Positions 1-6,885 of a DNA stretch of 32,000 nt are shown here, piece by piece. The DNA comes from Aeropyrum pernix K1. Lineage in GTDB: Archaea; Thermoproteota; Thermoprotei_A; Sulfolobales; Acidilobaceae. The DNA lies in assembly GCF_000011125.1 (NCBI RefSeq), contig NC_000854.2, positions 1,380,001 to 1,412,000 of the forward strand, written 5' to 3'. Each line of letters begins with the position of its first letter. Position 1 is the stretch's first letter. The translations under genes were made by a program, and so were the position numbers. Below the pieces are notes generated by a model. That model saw nothing but the letters and a program-made list of their open reading frames with translations. It ran no database searches and was not told where the DNA came from.

Positions 1-78
1 GAACCTCTTGCCCCTGCCAAGCTTGAGAGACTTGTCTATAGCCTCCTCTATGCTGGCGAGCACCGTTTCCTGCGACAA
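1..78 (-). CDS. rpl1: 50S ribosomal protein L1 (uL1), N-terminal fragment running off the window edge
   Basis: From TTG at 78 (complement): (M)SQETVLASIEEAIDKSLKLGRGKRF..., resembling the archaeal L1 N-terminus; lies in the archaeal order SecE-NusG-L11-L1. Confidence 0.7.
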   Translation of the reverse strand, partial: MSQETVLASIEEAIDKSLKLGRGKRF

Positions 79-123
79 GCATCACACCCCCTATTGGCCT
101 AGAACAGCATAGGGGATATATTA

Positions 124-450
124 TTAGCCTTCCGCCTCCTCCCACTTCTCCTCGTACTTGGCTAGGACTGCGTCGTAAACACCCTCATCAACCTGTCTCG
201 TAACTTCCTTGGGGTCCTTGCCGTCTACGGTTACACCTATACTCCTGGCCGAGCCTAGTATGGTCTTAACAGCTGCCTTCAGCGTCTTCGCGAGCAGGTC
301 CGGCTTCTTCTCGATGGCAATCTCAACAATCTTCTCGAAGGGTAGGTCCCCTATCTTCTGGTGGATAGGATCCCCGCTGGGCGCCTTAGCGCTCACCGCC
401 TTCAGCAGCAGCTCGGTGGTGGAGGGCTTCACCTGGCTTCCCTTTACCAT
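124..450 (-). CDS. rpl11: 50S ribosomal protein L11 (uL11), apparently C-terminal domain only (108 aa)
   Basis: [64 protein letters not shown] matches the uL11 C-terminal domain. The GPPLGPxLxPxG-type N-terminal domain is absent. Confidence 0.88.
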   Translation of the reverse strand: MVKGSQVKPSTTELLLKAVSAKAPSGDPIHQKIGDLPFEKIVEIAIEKKPDLLAKTLKAAVKTILGSARSIGVTVDGKDPKEVTRQVDEGVYDAVLAKYEEKWEEAEG

Positions 451-532
451 AACGCTTACACCCTCAGAGAGCTAGAGTCGTACCTAGGGTTAAATGCGTA
501 AACAAGCCGGGGCGTCGCCGGGTGGCTCGGGC

Positions 533-991
533 TTACTCCTCCACGGGCCTGACCTCGTCGATGGGTATAGTGGCGGTGGCTCTGAAGAGCGGCTCGAGCA
601 GGGATACAGTGACCTGGCCCTTTGACTGGTTAACGTCTATAACCCTAGCCTTCATGCCCTTGAACGCTCCAGCAACTATCTCGACAACCTGGCCTGGCTT
701 CAGTGCGGGTATCTCCACCTCAGGCTTTACGAGTTTCATGACCTCCTCGAACTTGAGTATGAGGGGCCTCCTCCGCTTTACATGTCTGAGCCCCCTGGTA
801 GCATCGTACACGTCGCCAGGGTCGTGCGCCTCAAGTATAACATAGCCTTTTATCCGGGGGGGCACTATTATGCTCCTGATGTCCAGTCCTAGGGCTCTCG
901 CCCTCTCCGCTATTATAGTGGCTACGTTGACTTCGGCACCGCTTGTGACTAGTATGGCGTAGAACCTAGCGTCAACACCTCCCTCCAACAC
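533..991 (-). CDS. spt5: Transcription elongation factor Spt5/NusG, archaeal
   Basis: 152 aa with NGN domain and a KOW motif (LKPGQVVEIVAGAFKGMKARVIDV), next to secE. Confidence 0.93.
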   Translation of the reverse strand: MLEGGVDARFYAILVTSGAEVNVATIIAERARALGLDIRSIIVPPRIKGYVILEAHDPGDVYDATRGLRHVKRRRPLILKFEEVMKLVKPEVEIPALKPGQVVEIVAGAFKGMKARVIDVNQSKGQVTVSLLEPLFRATATIPIDEVRPVEE

Positions 992-994
992 CTC

Positions 995-1177
995 TCACCC
1001 CGAAGTCAGGATTATATAGCCTAGGTGTATCAGGTATCCTATCCCGCCTACTAGAGCAAACCCCAGCAGGTTTAGTTTTAGGAGCAGCGAGTACTCCTCC
1101 TCATCCGGCTTCCTGGCCAGGGTCAGTATACGGCGCCAGGCTACTATGTACTCTCTAGCAATGTCGACTATACCCAA
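995..1177 (-). CDS. secE: Protein translocase SecE/Sec61-gamma homolog
   Basis: 60 aa, amphipathic segment followed by a single C-terminal TM (LLLKLNLLGFALVGGIGYLIHLGYIIL), directly upstream of spt5. Confidence 0.85.
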   Translation of the reverse strand: MGIVDIAREYIVAWRRILTLARKPDEEEYSLLLKLNLLGFALVGGIGYLIHLGYIILTSG

Positions 1178-1200
1178 TACCCTGTGGCACCCCCCTAAGC

Positions 1201-1725
1201 CTAGGATCTTCTGAGCCTACTAAGCTTAATAGCCTCCTCAAGGGTTTTCCTCATATTCCTCCAGTGCGCCCCCTCCCAATACACCTTGCCACAGCGGGTG
1301 CAGACGTAGAACTTGTCTACAACCCTATATGTGGCCTCCGGCACCCTATCCCTCACTGCCTCCTTATCCACAGGCTCGAGAACGCCGTTGCAGATGGGGC
1401 ACCTGCTCCTCTCCGGCTCGAGCCTCAGGTCCAAGCCAGCCTTGGCTGAAAGCTCGGCGAGCCTCTCCTCTGTAGAGAGGGATTCTATGTAGATGGATTT
1501 TAAACCCATCTTCCTAGCCTTGCTGTGCAGCCATCTGTCCCTCGTTACGATAATCCTTCCAGAACTCTTAGCTATCCTGAGTATCTGCCAGTCCGAGTAC
1601 GTTCTAGAGTAGAGTGTATCATACCCCATTAGCCTAAGCCACTTAGCCAGGCTGCCGAGCATCGAATCTACTATGAACCTCGCCTCTCCAATCTCCTTAT
1701 CTCCCCTCCTGCCCACGGGTCTCAC
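1201..1725 (-). CDS. Mut7-C RNase domain (PIN-like) protein with zinc ribbon
   Basis: VDSMLGSLAKWLRLMGYDTLYSR...GRIIVTRDRWLHSKA...RCPICNGVLEPV...YVCTRCGKVYWEGAHWRNM is typical of Mut7-C; start codon uncertain. Confidence 0.88.
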   Translation of the reverse strand: MRPVGRRGDKEIGEARFIVDSMLGSLAKWLRLMGYDTLYSRTYSDWQILRIAKSSGRIIVTRDRWLHSKARKMGLKSIYIESLSTEERLAELSAKAGLDLRLEPERSRCPICNGVLEPVDKEAVRDRVPEATYRVVDKFYVCTRCGKVYWEGAHWRNMRKTLEEAIKLSRLRRS

Positions 1726-1822
1726 CGTCCAAACGGGCGAGAGTTGAAGGATACGTGCCTAGGGGGTACCGAGGTAGTTGGAGGTGGCAGTTGGTGATGA
1801 GGCTGGAACTGCGGTTGAGGAG

Positions 1823-2665
1823 TTAGCTACTCTTTTTTGTTAACAGGAAGTTGGCGAGTTCTAGACCGCTTGTGAAGCCCACCGGCTTCTCGCTATCCAC
1901 AACTACCACGGCTCTGTACCTCTTCTCCAACATCTTCTCAGCCGCCTCAGCGAGGCTTGCATCAGGCGTCACTACAGGTGGCCTCATCCTTATAGCGTCG
2001 GCTACTATCACGTATTTCAGAGGGGTATGCCTCTTGGGCTCTCCCCTGGCGAGGTTGTAGAAGCTCTTTATAATTGCCATCAGCTCGTCTAGACCTACTA
2101 CTCCGACAAAGCGGCCTTCATCCATGACCGGTATAACGCTTATGTCATATTCGTATAGTAGCTGCCTTACGTGGAGTATCCTTGTCTGTAGGTTGACGCT
2201 GACTAGAAAAGTCCTCATAACATCCCTAACACTAGTGTCCTGGGAGATCTCGAGGTCCTTAACCAGCCTGGCTAGCTCAAACCTCGTTATACCCCCCTCT
2301 ACAACACCCCCCGCGCCAACCACGGGGACGCTGGTGAACATCCCGTTAGCCATCGTCTCAAGAGCATGTGACACCTCTCTACCGACCTCAACATACTTTA
2401 CCGGCTCGTTCATGAAACTGCTGCCATGCAGCCCGCCTATATACGCCTGCTTAGTCCTAACAGTGGCAATTTTATCCAGTATATCGCGGAACGTTAGAAC
2501 CCCCCTTATAGAATTGCCCTCCGTGAGGAAAGCCCTGTCGATCTTAGCCTTCTCGACAGCCTTCAGTATCTCCGCCAGCGAGAAATCCTTATCTAACACG
2601 GGAACCTCTTTACCAGCAACCTCCTCGACAGGAGTTGATAGCAGTTGTGCTACACTACTGGTCAT
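1823..2665 (-). CDS. Protein with four CBS domains
   Basis: Repeated CBS-type motifs (SIRGVLTFRDILDKI, VVGGVVEGGITRFELARLV, FVGVVGLDELMAII, PVGFTSGLELANFLL). Track ORF starts at 2686; the internal ATG at 2665 (MTSSVAQLLS) is a plausible start. Confidence 0.85.
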   Translation of the reverse strand: MTSSVAQLLSTPVEEVAGKEVPVLDKDFSLAEILKAVEKAKIDRAFLTEGNSIRGVLTFRDILDKIATVRTKQAYIGGLHGSSFMNEPVKYVEVGREVSHALETMANGMFTSVPVVGAGGVVEGGITRFELARLVKDLEISQDTSVRDVMRTFLVSVNLQTRILHVRQLLYEYDISVIPVMDEGRFVGVVGLDELMAIIKSFYNLARGEPKRHTPLKYVIVADAIRMRPPVVTPDASLAEAAEKMLEKRYRAVVVVDSEKPVGFTSGLELANFLLTKKSS

Positions 2666-2731
2666 GGTCCAACCCCACTTATACACTCAAGACTCCGGGG
2701 AAATATAGTTCGAGGCCGGAGGGGCAGTTGC

Positions 2732-3484
2732 TTGCGGGTTGTTGTAGGGACCTGCGGATTCCAGAAGTCCAGGAAAATGCACTACAAGCTTCTCGACGCC
2801 GTTGAAGTCCAGCAGACCTTCTACGACCCGCCCCCCAGGAGTAGGCTGGATAGCTGGAGGAGTGAGGCTCCCGAGGACTTCGAGTTTACCGTTAAGGCTT
2901 GGATGCTTGTCACGCATGGCTACAATCCCCGTTTATGGAGGAGGCTGAAGAGGAGGGTTGCAGGCGATAGGAGCGCGTACGGCGGCTTCAAGCTCACCAG
3001 AGAGAATCTGTGGGCGTGGAGTGTAACCCTGGAGGCAGCAGAGGCCCTCAAGGCTAGGATCATCGTCGTCCAAACGCCGGCCTCATTTGAAGCATCTATA
3101 GAAAACTCGGAGAGGATAGTGGAGTTTTTCAACAAGGCGGAGAGAGGGGGTTTCATAATAGCGTGGGAGCCTAGGGGGGCATGGTGGGAGAATCCTAATC
3201 TCCTTGCAGAAACCGCCAGGAAGGCGGGCCTCGTCATAGCTGGTGACGTTCTCAGGGGGAGACTGCCTCCCGATGAGCAGGAGCTGCTTTACGCAAGGCT
3301 TCACGGCCTGGGCGGGGGTGAGGTAAACTATAAATATAAATATACAGACGATGATCTGAAGAGGCTGGCCACTACGATTTGTGGAGGCTTGTGGAGCGAG
3401 GCATATGTGATGTTCAACAACGTATACTCCTTCGACGATGCTCTAAGGTTTAAACAGGTGCTGAGAGAAGCGTGCAAGCAGTAG
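2732..3484 (+). CDS. DUF72 family protein (YecE-like)
   Basis: (M)RVVVGTCGFQKSRKMHYKLLDAVEVQQTFYDPPP...FEFTVKAWMLVTH...YARLHGLG..., DUF72 signature. The track start at 2645 overlaps the divergent CBS gene; TTG at 2732 fits better. Confidence 0.85.
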   Translation: MRVVVGTCGFQKSRKMHYKLLDAVEVQQTFYDPPPRSRLDSWRSEAPEDFEFTVKAWMLVTHGYNPRLWRRLKRRVAGDRSAYGGFKLTRENLWAWSVTLEAAEALKARIIVVQTPASFEASIENSERIVEFFNKAERGGFIIAWEPRGAWWENPNLLAETARKAGLVIAGDVLRGRLPPDEQELLYARLHGLGGGEVNYKYKYTDDDLKRLATTICGGLWSEAYVMFNNVYSFDDALRFKQVLREACKQ

Positions 3485-3557
3485 CCCGGCGGGCTAAGCG
3501 TTATCGCCTCTTACAAGCAATAAACCATACACGGCCTTAACCGATGAACCGCGGCAT

Positions 3558-3604
3558 CCGCGGCGGGCTACAATCAGGAGGGAGCCCGTTGGGGTAGGCC
3601 GCGG
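3558..3604 (+). other. Strong imperfect stem-loop in the intergenic region; candidate structured RNA or leader/terminator
   Basis: CCGCGG (3558-3563) can pair with CCGCGG (3599-3604), enclosing CGGGCT (3564-3569) paired with AGCCCG (3583-3588). Confidence 0.35.
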
Positions 3605-3687
3605 CGAGGGATGATGGCTTACACGCTTACACCCTTAAGTTGTACAGAGCCTAGCAGCATAGTGGCGGATAGGAGGTTGGAAAGCCG

Positions 3688-3924
3688 ATGCCCAGGGGTG
3701 TCTTGAGGTGGCTCGCCTGCAGCATGTGTAGCAGGAGCCCAGCGGCGTATGAGTGTGGAGGCTATCATCTATGCGGCCACTGCTTCCAGCTACTAGGTGC
3801 TTACCTCAGGTGTGGAGGGGGGAGGGCTAAGCCTAGGAGGACGGATGTTGATGTGGAGCTGCTGGAGTCTGTTAGGCAGGCGAAAGTGAGAAAAGCTAGG
3901 CGCCGACCAACACCTACGCGGTAG
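3688..3924 (+). CDS. Small cysteine-rich putative zinc-binding protein, function unknown
   Basis: 78 aa, CSMC-x(7)-C-x(5)-CGHC arrangement plus a further Cys and a basic tail; no family assigned from sequence alone. Confidence 0.5.
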   Translation: MPRGVLRWLACSMCSRSPAAYECGGYHLCGHCFQLLGAYLRCGGGRAKPRRTDVDVELLESVRQAKVRKARRRPTPTR

Positions 3925-3947
3925 CCGGGAGCCGAGCTCGGCATAAC

Positions 3948-4703
3948 CTAGCCAGCTAGGCTGGGCGCCATGTACAGCTCCATCCTCTCGCCGTTCGGGA
4001 AAGTATACTCGATCTTCATGGGGTAGTCGCTTGCGAAAGAGACTTTCACGCTCTCCGCAGCTCCCACGGGCTTCGTGGCGATCTCAAGCACCTGCCTAGA
4101 ATATATAGACTTAGCGTCCTCCTCAACCTCTAGGCTCAAAAGCACGTCACCAGGCTTCATGACCCACTCATACTCCTTCTCCTCCGCCTGGCTCCTAACG
4201 ACTACCTGGCCCTCGCTGGCCTCGAACTCCGCGAAGTCTCCTACAACCTTTACATCCTGGATCATGGCTTTCAAGTCGTCGGTCAGTATGGTGAAGGATA
4301 CCGTGGGCTCTAGCTTGAGCCTCCTCATCTCCTCGGCTCCAACAGAAGTTGCGGGAACAAGGAATTTTCTCGAGAACCCTAGTTTTCTATCCCTCAGCTC
4401 CACCTCGAGGGCCTGCTCCTCCGCATTCCACTGAAAGATTATGTCGTCGTTCCTCGTAGCCCTTTTAGAGATCTTGTTCAGCTCGTCTGTCCTGAGGACT
4501 ACCCTCATCTCCTCCTCAACCATATACTCCTCGAAGCTTAGGGAAGGCATCTCCAATATAGCCAGGCTAGTCTTGTCTGGGCTCATTATCCACGCCCTCA
4601 AACCGTCTAGAGAGAACTCGAAGACGCCCTCGTCGTTTATCTTAGCCAGGGTCTGGGCTATATACTTGAACTTAGACGAGGCAGTGTATACTAGTCTGAA
4701 CAC
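3948..4703 (-). CDS. pcn: DNA polymerase sliding clamp (PCNA)
   Basis: 251 aa; [59 protein letters not shown] and C-terminal [15 protein letters not shown] are PCNA-like. Confidence 0.93.
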
Positions 4704-4820
4704 TTGTGAACACCCCCTGCCTAGCTAGGGATACACACTCACACAATCTCCACTAGTGTAGGGTGAAGCCGCTAGGATATATAACGTGGATATCTCGGAT
4801 CTAAACTCTGGGTGCGAAGT

Positions 4821-5216
4821 ATGGCGGATAAGGGTGTTGTGGAGATTATCGTCGACCTGGGTAAGTACAAGTACGTCGAGCTAGAAGCTTCGGAGGCTGA
4901 AAGGCTCCTCAAAGAGGTGACGCGGAGGCTTGGCTTCGAGTCGCAGGACGCTAGCGAGACCTACAGGATAATAAGGAATTTCGACGCGTTCTACGACATG
5001 GCGAAGAAGAAGTTTAAAGACTACATAGTACCCTCGAAGAGCATGAACGACATGATACTTGGCAAAGTAATAGTTGACAAGGTAAAGCTAGTCAAGGAAG
5101 GCGACAAAAGGATAGTTGGCATACACTTCGACAGGAGGATAAGCGAGGATACTCTGGCTGAGATACTAAAGAACATGGGATACCAGGTCTCTATAAAGAG
5201 GCTGGAGATAGCTTAA
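4821..5216 (+). CDS. Hypothetical protein, function unknown
   Basis: Track ORF 4812..5216 (134 aa), probable start at the second Met (MADKGVVEIIVDLGK). Coherent globular-type composition; no family recognised. Confidence 0.6.
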   Translation: MADKGVVEIIVDLGKYKYVELEASEAERLLKEVTRRLGFESQDASETYRIIRNFDAFYDMAKKKFKDYIVPSKSMNDMILGKVIVDKVKLVKEGDKRIVGIHFDRRISEDTLAEILKNMGYQVSIKRLEIA

Positions 5217-5357
5217 CCAAGCCGGTTTTCCTAGGGCTCCTCCTCGGTAGGGCAAGGCAGTGTTATTCTAGGAAAGCCGGGGCCCTCCAGGCCCTCACGG
5301 GTAAACGGGCAACATGATATAATGTGTTGAGGAAGGAGGTTGCGGGTTTCCCACATA

Positions 5358-5807
5358 CTATTTAGAACTCTTTTTGGACTTGCTGGACTTGCTTTTGCTT
5401 TTAGACTTTCCCCCAGAAGCCTTCTTGGACTTAGACTTAGTTTTCTGGGCTACGGCCTTTTTCTTCTCCTTCTTCTTAGCCCTGGATTTAGCCCTTTTCT
5501 TGACCGGTTTCCTAGTCTGTAGTAGCACCTCTTCAATACCCTCTGTGGATAGGAAGGCGAGGGCCTCGCTCACTGTTGCCTCGCCCCTTGCAACGGCCTC
5601 AAGCGTGTCAGCTACCTTCAGCATCACATCAATAAGCTCGGGCTTCGTTATGTCGAAAACGTATGCAACCTCTTCCTCAGCCTCCTCGGCCTCCTCGACA
5701 GCCTCCTCAGCACCAGCCTCCTCAGTAACAAGCTCCAGGCTCCCCGTCTCCTCCTCGGCTACAGCCTCTTCCTCCCTCTCAACCTCTTCCGACAATAGGA
5801 GCCGCAC
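5358..5807 (-). CDS. Acidic/helical/lysine-tailed protein; candidate Rpo13-like RNA polymerase subunit
   Basis: Acidic N-terminus, central FDITKPELIDVMLKVADTLEAVARGEATVSEALAFL, then a K/S-rich tail. The layout and central motif resemble Sulfolobus Rpo13 as recalled. Confidence 0.55.
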   Translation of the reverse strand: MRLLLSEEVEREEEAVAEEETGSLELVTEEAGAEEAVEEAEEAEEEVAYVFDITKPELIDVMLKVADTLEAVARGEATVSEALAFLSTEGIEEVLLQTRKPVKKRAKSRAKKKEKKKAVAQKTKSKSKKASGGKSKSKSKSSKSKKSSK

Positions 5808-5831
5808 CCTTAAGGTGGATAGGCTTCAAGC

Positions 5832-6740
5832 CTATTCAACTCTTTCCACACCCGTCTTGCGATCGCGGGGTACTACCACTAGCACCTCACCCCTGCAGCC
5901 GTAGTAGACCAGCTCAGCCCCAAGCTCAATCAGCCTTCTCACACTCCACGACTCTCCCTCGAGAGTCCCGTAGGACTCCCTTGTAGCGAACGCCTCGCCC
6001 CCTACTAGAGGCTCGCCTACGGCGCATGCCACCACTCTACCGTCACCCAGGACCTCAAGCCCCCTTGAAGGCCAGGTCCTGGCTATGACGAGAACTAGGT
6101 CGCCCTCGACACTACGACCACTGCATGAGTAGCAGTAGGGCTTGAACGAGGCTGCAAGAGTTGCCGCCAGGAGCGATGCGGGGCCTAGTATAGACGCGAG
6201 ACCCAGTACAACACCTATAATCCTGTTCCTAGCGAATGGGGAGAAGACTACAGACGCTAAGGCAGCGCACGCTACAGCCAGCCATGGAGGCAGGGATAGC
6301 TGTTGGGGATGAAACCCTAGCCATAATGCCGTAGCGAAGCCTAGGGCAGTAGCCAGGGCTGCAGGGCTGAGCCTACCCGCAGTAACCACCGCCTCTATAG
6401 ATGGGTCGACATAGGGTCCTTCCTGCCCGGGCCTTGCAAGAACTCTAGCAACTGCCGCTGCAAGGAGGGAGACACCAGCGTAGACCGAAGGGTTCAACGG
6501 TATCTCGCCGTCCTTGGGCCAGAGGTAGAGAGGAAGGATTAGGGTTGAGAAGGCCGCTATAATACTGTTTGAGACCCTGTAGACAATGGCGCCCAGAAGC
6601 CAATAGACTGCCGTTAGACCGATGAACACCGTGTCCCCCAGGCCTTGGGCTGCTGCTATGAATAAAGGTGATAACACCGACACACCTATAAGGGAGGGTT
6701 TCAGATACCATCTCTGGCAGCCTCTGGCAACACCAGCCAC
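5832..6740 (-). CDS. Multi-pass membrane protein of unknown function
   Basis: Several hydrophobic segments (LSPLFIAAAQGLGDTVFIGLTAVYWLLGAIVY, SIIAAFSTLILPLYLW, ALATALGFATALWLGF) and a soluble C-terminus. The N-terminal part of the track ORF (to 7031) is low quality and overlaps the helicase, so the start is approximate. Confidence 0.6.
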   Translation of the reverse strand: MAGVARGCQRWYLKPSLIGVSVLSPLFIAAAQGLGDTVFIGLTAVYWLLGAIVYRVSNSIIAAFSTLILPLYLWPKDGEIPLNPSVYAGVSLLAAAVARVLARPGQEGPYVDPSIEAVVTAGRLSPAALATALGFATALWLGFHPQQLSLPPWLAVACAALASVVFSPFARNRIIGVVLGLASILGPASLLAATLAASFKPYCYSCSGRSVEGDLVLVIARTWPSRGLEVLGDGRVVACAVGEPLVGGEAFATRESYGTLEGESWSVRRLIELGAELVYYGCRGEVLVVVPRDRKTGVERVE

Positions 6741-6885
6741 GGCTACAGCACTCTCTAGCTCGCTAGGCCTAGACCATATAAGATGGGTATGAGGGTTAGT
6801 GTCTGTTAAGCCCTCTAGCTTCCGTTTAGATATTGTATGGCTGACTTTGTTTGTACGAGAAAGCAGGGCTACCGAGTGGTGGGCT

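Noticed and set aside
2124-2708. 194-aa plus-strand ORF
   Set aside because: Antisense to the four-CBS-domain gene; low-complexity Ser/Thr-rich translation typical of complement reading.
3601-3660. Possible fluoride-type riboswitch (GATGATGGCTTACAC...)
   Set aside because: Only a short GATGG-like match; the expected pseudoknot partner and downstream fluoride exporter gene are absent.
5374-5904. 176-aa plus-strand ORF that looks like a leucine/phenylalanine-rich membrane protein
   Set aside because: It is antisense to the acidic/lysine-rich Rpo13-like gene; Leu/Phe runs are the reverse complement of Lys/Glu codon repeats.
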